A stretch of 64,000 bases of DNA from Eledone cirrhosa (taxonomy: Eukaryota), in the NCBI GenBank assembly GCA_964016885.1, contig OZ024749.1:56358001-56422000 (forward strand), given 5' to 3'. The translations under genes were made by a program, and so were the position numbers. The first letter of the stretch is position 1, and every line of letters starts with the position of its first letter. The notes below the pieces were generated by a model. It searched no databases and was not told the DNA's origin. It saw only the letters and a list, made by a program, of their open reading frames with translations. Below, piece after piece: positions 27,316 through 41,736 of this stretch.

Positions 27316-27479
27316 GTATATATATATATATGTATATATATATATGTATATATATGTATATATATATATATGTATATGTATATATATATAAATATGTATA
27401 TATATATATATATATGCATATGTATATATATATAAATATGTGTATATATATATATATATGTATATGTATATATATATAA

Positions 27480-27572
<93 letters not shown>

Positions 27573-27671
27573 CAGAAACAAATTTGAATATAGAAAGTAT
27601 AAATAAAAACACATTAATTCTACTTGAAAATATATCAAAAATATTCCTTGAATGTAATTTCTGCTCAATAT

Positions 27672-27733
<62 letters not shown>

Positions 27734-27812
27734 GATACTTTTGTTTTTCTTGGTTTTTCATAATGATTAATCATGTAACTCAACAAAATTATATATATGT
27801 ATATGTGTACAT

Positions 27813-27936
<124 letters not shown>

Positions 27937-28424
27937 TGAGCGAGAGAGAGAGAGAGAGAGAGAGAAAGCAAAGAAATATGAAAGGTGAGAAAAATATTCA
28001 GTGATACAGTGATACAGTGATGCAGTGTAGGAGAATCTTGCTGCAAAGTTAAAAGAGAAGAGAAGAAAGAAAAGAGGAACAGAAATGGCAGAAAGTCATT
28101 TGTTTAGTCGGTGTATCAATGAAATGACTACAACAATATTTTAATCACATTAAAGAGCTGAGAAAATTGTCCCGCTTCTATTACTAAGAACAGTGATTTC
28201 CTGGCAAGAAATTAGCAAGGAAATGTAATTGAACATGTCTCATTTTTAAGGAGATGAAGAAAAATATGACAGAGATAAATGAGCGTATTAAATAGAGAAT
28301 ATTGAGAAATATGATATGTGGTTAGATGGAGAAACAAGGATTTACAAGTTGAGAATACAGAGTCAGACGAAATAATTTTACATGTGGTTCAAGTTCATGT
28401 ATATTATATAACAGTAAAAAAAAA

Positions 28425-28870
28425 ACTTGCCCAATGACATCTGGGCAGGGGTTCTTTACCGTCATAGACGATATCTGTGTTGTAATATATAAGTACAGTA
28501 TATACGCAAATATAAGCTGACCCCCCCCCTCCCCCAGTTTTATGTCTGAGAAATGGGCAAAAATTCAAACCACATATATAATGCGAGGCAACTAATAAAC
28601 ACATTGTTTAGATGGCATATATGATCTTCCCCCCGCCCCCACACCATTTAACCATCGACCTTTGGGTCACATATTCCTCAGATTATATTCAAGTATATAC
28701 AGTATATTATATAAAAAAAAGTATATCAGAGAGAACGTTCTTGTAATACAGCATTGCTCTCCTCTCCCTAACAACTTGCCAAATTACCTGGTATCAACCT
28801 GTCTCTACAATGACATCTGGGCAAGAGTTCTTTTCCAACATAGGTGACATTTTGGTCATAGTATATACAG
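28425..28870 (-). pseudogene. Two further degenerate copies of the IFT80 exon A 3' half, in intron C-D
   Basis: 28866-28788 translates IYYDQNVTYVGKELL.. followed by GATACCAG|GTAATTTGGCAAG. A shorter copy without the donor lies at about 28432-28490. Confidence 0.75.
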
Positions 28871-28914
28871 TATATCATATAAAAAATGATATCAGAGATC
28901 ATATCAAAACATTT

Positions 28915-29630
28915 CTTACCTCTGAGAGTTGTACAAAACATAAACTGGCATCAACATATTACAAATGAAAGTTTATAGAGAAACTGGCCCAAGATAACAA
29001 CTACAATTGCTCCAAGACGGTTACAATATGCAGGACATTGCTGGAGAGGTAAGGAGGAAGTTATACACAAGCTACTATGGTGGGAACCAACTTACGGGAG
29101 ACACAGTAGAGGAAGTTATACACAAGTTACTATTGTGGAAACCAACTTATGGGAGACACAATAGAGGAAGTTATACACAAGTTACTATTGTGGGAACCAA
29201 CTCATGGGAGACACAGTAGAGTATGTTATACACAAGCTACTATGGTGGGAAGTAACTCTTGGGAGACACAGTAGAGTATGTTATACACAAGTTCCTATTG
29301 TGGGAACCAACTCATGGGAGACACAGTAGAGTATGTTATACACAAGTTACTATTGTGGGAAGTAACTCTTGGGAGACACAGTAGAAGTTATACACAAGGT
29401 TCTTTTGTGGAAACCAACTGACGGGAGACACAGTAGAGGAAGTTATACACAAGTTACTATTGTGGGAACCAACTCATGGGAGACACAGTAGAGTATGTTA
29501 TACACAAGTTACTATTGTGGGAAGTAACCAGATGTAGTAGAAGAAGACCTGCTCAAACTTTGATCAACTCTCAGATGATACAAACCTCAATATGGAGCAG
29601 TTGCGAGGAGCAATGGAAAATTTATGAATT
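28915..29630 (+). mobile_element. RTE/RTE-X LINE 3' relic with an internal 55-bp minisatellite (about 9 copies, 29054-29525)
   Basis: Translates LRVVQNINWHQHITNESL..PKITTTIAPRRLQYAGHCWRGKEEVIHKLLWWEPTYGRHSRG, then the array, then SRRRPAQT..DQLSDDTNLNMEQLRGAMEN. Confidence 0.8.
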
Positions 29631-29896
29631 GTAAAGAAACTTTGTCAAGAATATCAACAGTAGTTGCAATGGTGTTGATTATCATATGTACATTTCTGGG
29701 TTTAATTCCTGGCAAAATATTAACTAAATTTCAATTCCTCTTCTCTAGAGATCAATAAATCAAATACCAATGCTATAGTGTAACATGGTTGGTGTTAGGA
29801 AGGGTATCCAGCCGTGGAAACCAAGCCAAAATACAGATCCGCATGAACAAGATGTGGTCCCCTGACCTGACTTGTCTATTAATGTGACAACTCATC

Positions 29897-30004
29897 TAAC
29901 CCATGAAAGCATCGAAAATGGATGTTAAACAATGATGATGATGATATATATATATATCATCATCATCATTGTTTAACATCCATTTTCGATGCTTTCATGG
30001 GTTA
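29897..30004. repeat. Perfect 108-bp palindrome of a SINE-B tail, centred on (TA)n
   Basis: taacccatgaaagcatcg..gatgat(at)n atcatc..cgatgctttcatgggtta. Confidence 0.92.
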
Positions 30005-30138
30005 TATGATGATGATATATATATATCATCATCATCACCATTTTACGTCCGTTCTTCCATGCTAGCATGGGTTAGACGGGTTGTCCTGTTGTGGGCAGTG
30101 TCTGGTCAGCTGACCTTGTCTTGCTCCTACGGGAACTG

Positions 30139-30223
<85 letters not shown>

Positions 30224-31543
30224 AGTGTACATAAACTTAATACTAAGCTATTAAAAATTCTTTGTGAATCAGCAAAACAGCCCAAATACACATTAACTTG
30301 TTACATACTCATTAAATGGTTGATGATGATGATGATGATGATGTTAAAATCAAGTGTTAAACTAATAAATAACATTAACCAATCCAAGCACCTAGATTTA
30401 CCAAGTTACTCACTGCCGACTTAATATCTAATATATAATATTTCCAAACAGAGAAACTTGAGGATAGAATTCTGCTAACTAGTGCTAGGCAACTGATAAC
30501 AATCTGCTATGCTGGCACCAGAAATGCAAACACCGTTCTATATTTTATTCTGACAGATACCACCCATCATTAGAAAATATAATTTTTTTATTGCCATTTA
30601 CTGTAATAGGAGAGAAGTATTGGAATGTTGCATGAGAAAGCTAAACATGGACAAAATATTAAAACAAAATTAGAAATGGTTTAAAGTATCTCATGGTTGT
30701 ACTCACAGGACCAGATTTAGACATCGGAGGCCCGGGGCAGTCAGGTTTGGTGGGCCTCTCATATAACAACACACACACAAGCACACACATGGACGCATAC
30801 ATGCACATGCGTATGTGTATCATCATCATCATCATCGTTTAACATCCTTCCTAACACTAACTGCTTCATAGCATGTACTTGGTGCTTTTATTATGTAGAT
30901 CACCAGCACAAGGGACGTTGTCATGCCCTTGACAACTAAATGGTCCTTGCAACCCTTTGTTTGGCAAGCTTTCTACGGCAACCACTTTAAAGATATCAAC
31001 ATTAAAAGACTTCTTTAAGAAACGACAATAATGAGAAACAATCGTCTGCCTGCACTGTTTCAGGAAACAGAAGAACAAACTTCACAGAAGTAGGAATGGT
31101 GGAGAAATGAAGCTACAATTTTAAAATGTATCCACAGAATTTAATCTTTCTTTAGTTGGAAGCAGAAACTATAGCAATTCTCAGAGGAATGTTCTGTTAT
31201 TAAAACTTTACTGCATAGAATTACTTAACATCATACTTGTAGCAATATATTTAGAAATGAGATATGTTATTCTAATATAGAAATTATAAAGTGCCTTCAG
31301 CAGTTAACAGCAAAATAACAGTGTTTCTTTCTTTTTTTTTTTTAAATTGCAATTTTCCCATATATATATATATATGAATATATATATATATATATATATG
31401 AATATATATATATATATGAATATATATATATATCTGTACATATCTGTGTGCAGTGTGGTGTATGGTGTGCTGTGCTGTGTGTGTACTTGTGTTATGTTAA
31501 TGATGTAGATGCATGTATACATACGTATATAACAGACAAAGAA

Positions 31544-31578
31544 AAAGTAAAGGATATTTGTATGCATATCATCATCAT

Positions 31579-31626
<48 letters not shown>

Positions 31627-31661
31627 ATGATGATGATATGCATACAAATATCCTTTACTTT
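31544..31661. repeat. Perfect palindrome (about 40-bp arms) centred on (TA)n
   Basis: aaagtaaaggatatttgtatgcatatcatcatcatcaccg-(at)n-cggtgatgatgatgatatgcatacaaatatcctttacttt. Confidence 0.92.
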
Positions 31662-31672
31662 CTATATATATA

Positions 31673-31726
<54 letters not shown>

Positions 31727-31748
31727 TACAAATATATATGTGTGTGTG

Positions 31749-31787
<39 letters not shown>

Positions 31788-32139
31788 CTATATATACTTA
31801 CTTATATTGTTACATTAAATATATATAATTACATGATAATGTATAGGCAACTGTGTTATACATGCATTTATACATACATGTTGCATTAAGATTATTTAAT
31901 TTAACATACATACATGTGTAAGCATATATATATATACACACATACACACAACACACAAACACAGACACACATATATGCATACATGCAAAGAGATGTATGT
32001 AACCCATGTGAATATAATATAAATGCATGCTGATAATCTAATTCATAATAATGATGATGATGATGATAATGATGATTGATATATATATACACATACATAC
32101 ACACATATGCATATATGGTGTGTCTGTGTATATATATCA

Positions 32140-32410
32140 TTATCATCATCATCATTTTACGTCCGCTTTTCCCTACTTGCAAGGGTGGGACAGGAACTGA
32201 TTCTGGCTTGATTTCTACAGCTGGATGCCCTTCCTAACACCAACCTCATTTACAGTGAGTGCTGGGTGCTTTTGTTTGCCGTGGCACCTCCACGACCACT
32301 TTGCAGTGGAATGATAGGGACCCCAGTCCCTATCATCTCATTTCTACAACTGAGTAAACTGGAGCAATGTGAAATAGTGTCTTGTTTAAGGAAACAACAC
32401 ATCACCTGCA
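32140..32410 (-). mobile_element. SINE family B (5'-truncated)
   Basis: Matches the 52064-52401 copy. Other family B fragments lie at about 4240-4385, 10381-10595, 29788-29945, 30025-30140, 38250-38500 and 51325-51505. Confidence 0.8.
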
Positions 32411-32664
32411 AGCATGGATGACGTACGTTAAACGATGATGTTGATGATATATATATATATTGATAGGTAATGTAATATATGCTTTCATAAAATGATTTTT
32501 ATGTGGTTTTAAATTCCCCAACCAAATTTTTTTTTATATTCTTTTTGATTTATTGTTTTTTTTTTTTTTGGGGGGGGGGGGTCATTTAATTACATCTGCC
32601 TGAAATACAATATAACAAAATATAACCGAGTTATTTCATTATATATATATGTGTGTGTGTGTAC

Positions 32665-32722
<58 letters not shown>

Positions 32723-32733
32723 ACATATGTGCG

Positions 32734-32796
<63 letters not shown>

Positions 32797-32815
32797 ACAT
32801 ATGTGTGTATATGTA

Positions 32816-32857
<42 letters not shown>

Positions 32858-32869
32858 TATATATATATA

Positions 32870-32959
<90 letters not shown>

Positions 32960-33654
32960 TATGTATATATATAAATATATATATATGAATATATATATAT
33001 ATATGGAAGAGAAGAAAGGACATAAATTTAATTTAGTGTCAAGATAAATCTAAATTTAAAAAGGAAGACAAAACAATAACAAAAACACAAAGAATAAAAA
33101 AAAAAAGATTAAAAACACACAAAAAAAACATGAAATCTAAGAATACTCCCAGCATTAATTACAAGAAAATTGAAACTAACATCATTTAATAGCTGTTTAC
33201 TAAGACAAAAAGGCTATGCTAACTTTCTAGATTATGTCTTTTTAGTTTTTTCCGGGGGGGAGGGGGGGGGGTATTTTTAAAAATATTTTTTTGTCACTGT
33301 AATAGGATTGCTTTTAGGTTAGCTGCAAAGCAAATTGTCAATCACAGAAGACTGGTAAACTGAATTTAAATCTCTGCTTTAACATATTTGTTTGTTGGTT
33401 TGTTTGTTTTCAGGAAATAGTTATAAAAGATTCATGGGAGGAGAATTTCAGAATTTATGGAGGAAACGATAACAGAAGACAAACTTGCCATCATGAGACC
33501 AAATAAATAGTTTTATCAGTGGAATTTGTTGTTGTTGGGGATTTAACCCTATGATGGACTGTTATCCTGTCCAGGGGAATTCTTGTACTCTCAGTGGCTT
33601 TACACTAGGGAAACCGAGATAAGCACCATTCTGATGAGCCTCTTGCAGCTTGTA

Positions 33655-34070
33655 TTGGCGGAGGAACCGGTTTAGGTGCCAACCACTCGACCATAAAGTG
33701 AGGTGTAATAGGTTACATGGTACCAGTAGCAGGCAGAATCCTGACCAGACCAGGGTGTGGTGGGAAAACCAGTTTAGCTCTCGACCACTCAACTATGAAG
33801 CAGATTGTACTGGGTTATATGGTACCCGAAGCAGGCAGAAGCCTGACCTGACCAGACCCGAGTTTAGTGGGAGAGCCAGTTTAGTCACTGACCACTCAAC
33901 CATGAAGCAAGGTGTAATAGGTTATATGGTACCAGTAGCAGGCAGAAACTTGACCTGACCAGAGCAGGGTCTGCTGGGAGAGCCAGTTTAGCCCCCAACC
34001 ATTCAAACATGAAGCAGATTCTACATAGTTGATACATGGTACCGGTTGCAGGCAGAATCCTGATCTGACC
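33655..34070 (-). repeat. Tandem array (about 4 units) of the same 105-110-bp unit as 7509-8060, in inverted orientation
   Basis: Repeated catggtaccagtagcaggcagaa..ctgacc is the reverse complement of the 7509 unit. Confidence 0.85.
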
Positions 34071-34155
34071 AAAAGAATTAAACTGCAAATATTAGTACTA
34101 CATTAGAACATAGTAAGTCAGTAAGTATTAATAATGTTTGTTATTAAAATGTTAC

Positions 34156-34245
34156 CTTTTTCAAAGCAGCATATGCAACCTCTGCAGTTGACAGCTCTTT
34201 GGCATATGCTGCCATTCCAGCTAAACAAGCCCATATTTTATCTTC
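34156..34245 (-). CDS. IFT80: IFT80 internal coding exon C (90 bp, phase 0 to 0); not in the ORF track
   Basis: Encodes EDKIWACLAGMAAYAKELSTAEVAYAALKK, matching IFT80 WACLAAMA...TAEIAYAAI. Acceptor ttttcAG, donor AAG|GTaac. In frame with exons B and D. Confidence 0.94.
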
Positions 34246-35009
34246 CTGAAAATATACAACAGTCAATCAATAGACTAATAAAAGATCAAAGTTAATTTAC
34301 AGAGCTATATATCATTAATACCATTTCTGGCTTTTTATCCTGTGAAACACACAATATGACTGAGATAACATAATTCATTTTCTAACATAAAAGCAACCAT
34401 TATCATCCTCACTCTGGCTCTGGTTGCATTTATGTGATAATATATAAAATAAATATTTAATTAACAAAAAAAAATAGGAAAAGGAACAAAAGGGAACTGA
34501 TCAACTGATCGAACCAAAGAAACTGTTTCCATTGTTTTTAGCATTTCTGTTACAATGGTAAGAACAGTGGTAACTGGTGACCAAGTAATGAAGCTGGTGT
34601 ACTATTGTGTCAGTTCCAGTGGTCCAATTTTGGGGTTCCATTTGCCTTCCTGCCCTCTATCACTCATGAAAACAGTCCTGAGGTACTTCAGCTTCTCTGT
34701 CTGGTTCAGAGTAACTCCACTCCATTTCACTCCACTCCACTCACAAGCAGGGAGTGGAGTTACAATTGCTTTTCATTACTTTGCATAGCAGAGCAGACAT
34801 AAAATTTTGATGATGATGATGATGATGATGGTGGTTATGGTGATGATGATGATGGTGGTTGTGGCGATGGTGATGATGATGGTTGTGGTGATGGTAGTGA
34901 TCACAATGATAGTGATGATGATGATGATCTACGAAACCCTGCCATGTTTAAATAAACAGTTGTCTGTGTCAGTGATGTTCTGTGCTGCTATATGGAATAA
35001 CCAGAACCA

Positions 35010-35225
35010 AATAATTGTTTCTACTTTTGGCACAAGGCCAGCAATTATCCCAGTACATTACTGGTACTTTATTTGATCGACCCCGTAAGGATGAAAGGCA
35101 AAGTTGACTTTGGCGGGATTTGAACTCAGAATGGAAAGGGCCGTAACTCTATGCGTCAAAGCATGACGTCCGACCCTCTACTGATACTACCAATCCACCG
35201 CCCTTTACTGCCAATCCACCGCCCT
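35010..35225 (-). mobile_element. SINE family A; further copies at about 21630-21750 (-), 36480-36710 (-), 39572-39822 (+, two fragments) and 59472-59692 (-)
   Basis: Family A motifs. Confidence 0.82.
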
Positions 35226-35280
<55 letters not shown>

Positions 35281-35646
35281 GAAATAATGAATAAGATAAA
35301 AAATAAATAAAATCAATTGAAGATGATGAGTTCAGCTGTAGAGAAATTATTTAGGTTAACAGCAACTTGCAGAAATGTGTGACAAGAAGAAGAACAACAA
35401 CAATAAAAATATATAATATATCAAGGTACAGAAAAATATGTCAATAATATATATATATATATACTATAAATATATATATACTATAAATATATATATATAT
35501 ATTCTATAAATCTATTATTTTTATTAAATACCATTCACCATTCTTCTTCTTCTTCTATGTGTGTGTGAGGGGTGGGTGCCTTATTTATTGATACCACTAT
35601 CACCAACATCATCATTTCTAATATCATCATATCAACACCATCATCA

Positions 35647-35677
<31 letters not shown>

Positions 35678-37017
35678 CATAATTTTTTTTTTCGATTTGA
35701 TATTTCAACAACAAAAAAAATGAAACTAACGTAACAAAAAAAAAAAAAAAATTAGTCGTGGAAATGAAAATATTGTGATGAAGAATCGATGTAAAAGATC
35801 GGCAACGAGAAACACCTTTTGCAACGAAGTTGTTCTACGTCATATTTCTATAACACTAAATATTTCAGTAAATTGTACAAGATAACAAGATACCAGATAT
35901 TATATAATATATATATATCTCATGTCAGAAAATACATCTGTTTCTCTGCCAAACAAGCAATGAAAAGAAACACTAACAATCCAATAATAATAATAATAAT
36001 AATAATAAAAAGAGGAAAATTATTTCATAGATAATTTTTCATTATTTTTATCAGGTTTTTGTATTTTTTATTTTTTTTATTTTTTATTTTTATTTTAGTT
36101 TTCATTGTCTTATTATATTTTTTTTTTTCCTTAATTTTCTTTCTTTTTATTTTTTTTAAATGTTTTTTTTATTTTTTCGAAATCCCATTATAGAAAGTCG
36201 ATGATTAAAACTCCATTGCATTGGGGAAGTCAAGCAGGATGAGATGATGATGATGATAGTGATAATGGTGCTGGTGGTGGTTATAAAGATGCTTATCCTT
36301 TAATTTTCAAAGGAGAAAATAACAATAGCAACAACAACAACAGCAACAGAAATCAATAATTACTTTAAAGTTTTGGTAGGTATTGGATTCTAAAATAACA
36401 TTCTCGGCAAACAAACAAACAAATAAAGAGATGATCTTGATGATGATAATGATGATGATCATGAAAATAATAATAATAATAATAATAATGATTTCTTATA
36501 TAGGCACAAGGCCAGCAATTTTGGGGGAGGGGAAAGTCCCTTAAATTAACCCCAGTGCGTGACTGGTACTTTATTTTATCGACCCCGTAAGGATGAAAGG
36601 CAAAGTTAACCTTGGTGGGATTTGAACTCAGAAAGTAAAGGGTCATAACTCTATGTCACAAAGTATTTTGTCCAATGCTCTAACAACTCTGTCGATCCTC
36701 CTCCCTTCCGTATTAATAATAATAATAATAATGGGAGGAGAGTGAGGAGGGAAAGGGAGAGCGGTAGTGGTCAAAATGATGGTGGTGATGATGATAATGA
36801 TGATGGTGATGATGATGATGCTAGTAGTGAGCTGGCAAAGAAGAGATTATGAACATGAGTTATGTCGTTATCTGATAGACAACAACAACAACTACAACAA
36901 CATTTCAACTGTTTTGAAAGTCTAAATGATCAAGTTTATGTATGAGAGAGAAAGTGAGGGGAGGAGAGATAGAGAGAGGAAAGTAGAGAGAGAGAGAGAG
37001 AGAGAGAGATAGGTCAG

Positions 37018-37053
<36 letters not shown>

Positions 37054-37095
37054 TGATGGTCAACAAAGAGAGTGAGAGAGAGAGAGATAGGTCGG

Positions 37096-37133
<38 letters not shown>

Positions 37134-37167
37134 TCAACAAAGACTGAAAGAGGTAGCGATATATTTA

Positions 37168-37228
<61 letters not shown>

Positions 37229-37254
37229 AAGGGAGATAGGCAAATATGAGAGAG

Positions 37255-37286
<32 letters not shown>

Positions 37287-37315
37287 TCAACAAAGACAGA
37301 AAGAGGTAGCGAGAC

Positions 37316-37374
<59 letters not shown>

Positions 37375-37455
37375 GAGATAGGCAAATATGAGAGAGAGAG
37401 AGACAGAAAGAGAGAGAGAGAGAGAGTCAACAAAGACAGAAAGAGGTAGCGAGAC

Positions 37456-37489
<34 letters not shown>

Positions 37490-38633
37490 TAAGGTAACCA
37501 GTAACCGAAAGACAGAACAACAATATTATTATTAAAACAAAATCCAAGTTTCATTTAAAACCTAATTTAATCTAATAGGAAAGTATCTGCTTTAAATCAA
37601 TTCCGTTGATTAGTAGCTGTAATTATTGTTTAGTGGGAGAACGGCTGCTTCTCCAATGAACAGAGAGAATTAATTAGGTTCTTTTGTGTTGTTTTGGTCT
37701 GGGGTTTTTTTTATACTTTTTTTAATACTTTTTGTTTTGTTTTGCTGTTTTCTTTTTCTATGATGATAGTCCTATTATCATAGTTAATTGTCCTCTTCTG
37801 GTTCAGTTAGGGAAATATATAAAGAGAAGATGAGATAGATATATTAACTTGGTAAGTATCTATCAACTTCTGGATGAATATCTTATTAAAATGGTTGACA
37901 TCATCTCAGATCTCATTCATTTACTGAGAAAGGTGGAACACATCGGACCAAGGAAACAATGTTTCTATTGGTCTTTCCAGATTATTACAAGATCCCAGAC
38001 ATTTTTGGTTACCGAGTGGGTAAGCAAATGAGGCCTATGTAAGTTAGCCATATATATATGTATATATATATTTGTTTATATGTATATATATAAATATATA
38101 TATATATTTTTTTTTACATATATACATTATACACATATATATAAATAAATCTATATACATATACACACACACATATATAAATATATATATATATATACAC
38201 CCACACAAATATATATAAATATATATATACACCCACAAAATTTTATATATATGCCATGGCAAAAAAGCATCCAGCCCACACTGTAAAGTGGACGTGTAGG
38301 CGTCATGGAAAAAATGCACCCAGCACTCACTGTAAATGAGGTTGGTGTTAGGAAGGGCATCCAGCTGTAGAAATCAAGCCAGAATCAGTTCCCGTATGAG
38401 CAAGACAAGGTCAGCCGACCGGACACTGTCTACAACAGGACAACCCATCTAACCCATGCTAGCGTGGAAGAACAGACGTAAAACGGCGATGATGTTGATG
38501 ATATATATATATATATATATATACACCCACACATATATATATATATATACACAGACCCACACATATATATATATATAAATATACATACATATATACCCAT
38601 ACATATACACCCACATATATATATCCATACACC

Positions 38634-38718
<85 letters not shown>

Positions 38719-39901
38719 CATAGAATATTAACAGCAGAAGAATCTGCAAGTTGGAAGCTTCATAGGTGTATCTTCTTGAAATAAATTTAAAACAATATTC
38801 TTGACATACATTAAAAACGGTAAAAACATTTCTGCTTCTACTTGTAAAAATAGAGGTATTAGATGTAATATCTATCTTGTTGGAAAACCTACTCTTCAAT
38901 AACATCATCATCATCACCATCATCATCATCGTCATCATCGTCATCATCATCATCATCATCATCAGCAGCAGCGATGTTGTTACAATGACAACATGAGAAA
39001 TGCAGAAAAACAAAAGTAACACTGATATCTGAATTATGATGATGGTGGTAGTGTTGGTGGTGGTGGTGGTGGTGGTGATGGTGGTGGTGGTGGCAGTAGT
39101 GGTGGTGGTGGTGGTGGTGGTGGTGGCAGATGTAAAAGTGATGATGATGATGATGATGTTCGTGGTTTGGAGAAGTTATTGCTGATGATATTGATGGTGA
39201 TGATGATGATTGTGGTGATGGAGTTAATAATGATGATGGCGGTGGTGGTGGTGGTTGTAAAAGTGATGATGATGTTGATAATGACGACAAAAACAATAAT
39301 ATGAATAACAGTCATACAAGTAGTCACAAATATTTCAATAACAACGATAACAACAACAACAACAATATAATAAAACCAAATTTATGTGATTGGAATTTCT
39401 ATTCTCAAAAGTAGGTTTTGTGTTTTTTTTTTCTTTTTTTTTTTTTTGCAATATTTATTCTGAAATAAAGATACAAAGTAGAACTCTTCCTTCACTCCAC
39501 CTCCACTCCACTTCAACACCACTTCAATCCCATCTCCACTCCACCCACACTCTACTTCAAAACCACCTCCACAGGGTCAATAAAATAAAGTACCAGTAAT
39601 GCGCAGGGGTCCATTTAATCGACTTTCCCCTCCCCCAAAATTGCTGGCCTTGTCCCTAAATTAGAAACAATTATTATTATTATAATAATAATTGTTAACC
39701 GCAAAGTTAACCGCCGAGGTTAACTTTGCCTTTCATCCTTACGGGGTCGATAACATAAAGTACCAGTAATACACTGGGTTATTGCTGGCCTTGTGCCAAA
39801 AGTAGAAACAATTATTATTATTATGGAAGACAACAGAGGGGATGGTGTCGTGGTGCGGTGGTGTTGGTAGGGGGGGGCTGCTGCAGTAGTTTTTGCCTTA
39901 C

Positions 39902-40073
39902 CTTGACAAAGCGACAAAGTCTCACAGCCTCCTCCCACTTGCCACCATTGACGTATCCTTGAAGAATCACTGGGTATGGTTTTATGGAGGAGCTGACAAG
40001 AGAACCTTCGGAACGTCGCAGCACCACCTGGTTACTGATGAACTGCAGAATCTGTGGGTTTTTGCCGAATTCA
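39902..40073 (-). CDS. IFT80: IFT80 internal coding exon B (172 bp, phase 2 to 0)
   Basis: Encodes [57 protein letters not shown], matching IFT80 EFSKNP...RRADGSLV...PYPAIL...[13 protein letters not shown]. Acceptor ttttcAG, donor AAG|GTaagg. Confidence 0.96.
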
Positions 40074-40295
40074 CTGAAAATAGAAATTATAAAGTAAAAT
40101 AGAAAATAGAAATTAAAAATAAAAATGTAAAATAAAAATATAAAATATGAAATATAAATAAAAATATATAAAAATAAATCTAAGTGAAGGAAGGCATCCG
40201 GCATCTCCATAAATAATATATATATATATATATATATACTACACAACATGCGTAATATACGCCCATGCATATGAATCATTCATGTGTGTGGTGTG

Positions 40296-40327
<32 letters not shown>

Positions 40328-40423
40328 TATATGAACTTCAATGCATAAAAAAAATTATGCCATAAGGTATATAATGTATATCATCATCATTTATAGGATA
40401 TCAAATAATATATATATATATAG

Positions 40424-40466
<43 letters not shown>

Positions 40467-40585
40467 ATTATTCAGCAGAGTACTCAATACTTGGGAGAGT
40501 AGAGTGTAAATATATTTGAGAGTGAGAGCTTTGACAACAGCTTAGCCGTCAGGCCCCAGCTCTGTACTGTATCTGTCTGCAGACG

Positions 40586-41346
40586 GTGATGGTGGTGGTG
40601 ATGGTGATGGTGGTGGTGGTGGTGATGGTGATGGTGTTGGTGGTGGTGGTGATGATGGTAATGGTGGTGGTGCTGGTGGTGCTGGTGTTGGTGGTGATGG
40701 TGGTGGTAATGGTGGTGGTGGTGGTGGAGATGGTGGTGGTGTTGGTGGTGGTGGTGATGATGGTAATGGTGGTGGTGGTGGTGTTGGTGGTGATGATGAT
40801 GGTAGTGGTGGTGGTAGTGATGGTGGTGGTGGTGGTGATGGTAATGGTGGTGTTGGTGGTGGTGGTGATGGTAATGGTGGTGGTGATGGTAGTGATGGTG
40901 GTGATGGTGATGGTGGTGATGGTAATGGTGGTGGTGAAGGTGATGGTAATGGTGGTGGTGATGGTGGTGATGGTGGTGGTGGTGATGGTAGTGGTGATGG
41001 TGGTGGTGATGATGGTGATGGTAATGGTGGTGGTGATGATGGTGATGGTAATGGTGGTGGTGATGGTGCTGATGGTGATGGTGGTGGTGATGATGCTAAT
41101 AATTCTTTGCGAACATTAAGTACCATAAATTAATGCAAATTAAAAATAAGATGGAAACAAGGAATATCGCGAGGGGGAGTATGAGACATGGGAAACACAA
41201 AGTGTAAAACAGACATTTATTTTTATAATCATGAGGACGATGATGGTGATGATGATAACTGTAGTGATGATGATGATGATGATGGTGATGAAGATGATGA
41301 TGATGATGATGGTGATGGAGATGATGATGATGATGGTGGTGATGAA

Positions 41347-41406
<60 letters not shown>

Positions 41407-41510
41407 GGTGGTGGTGGTGATGATGGTGGTGGTGGTGGTGATGATGATGATGACGATGATGATGATGATGATATGATGAAGATGATGACAGTGGTGACAA
41501 TAATGATGAT
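40586..41510. repeat. (GGT/GAT)n trinucleotide arrays; related (CAT)n/(GGT)n tracts at 38900-39280, 56648-56942, 58990-59165 and 63830-63995
   Basis: Direct inspection. Confidence 0.95.
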
Positions 41511-41674
41511 GGCAGAGGCTGAAGCATTCTTCCAAACTTTGGAAACAGATAAATCAATCGCTGTATATAATAATAAATAATAAACAACGTACAAAATAAG
41601 CCACTTTACTGGATCAGTTGACAAGCATAAAATTTAAATTTAAATTTGAATAAAAAATACACTAACACAAACAT

Positions 41675-41736
<62 letters not shown>

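Noticed and set aside
33543-33645. GAAAC..CTGATGAG motif suggesting a permuted hammerhead
   Set aside because: It lies in what looks like an old SINE 3' fragment (aaccct..gatggact..tcctgtccagggg), and the required stems could not be formed.
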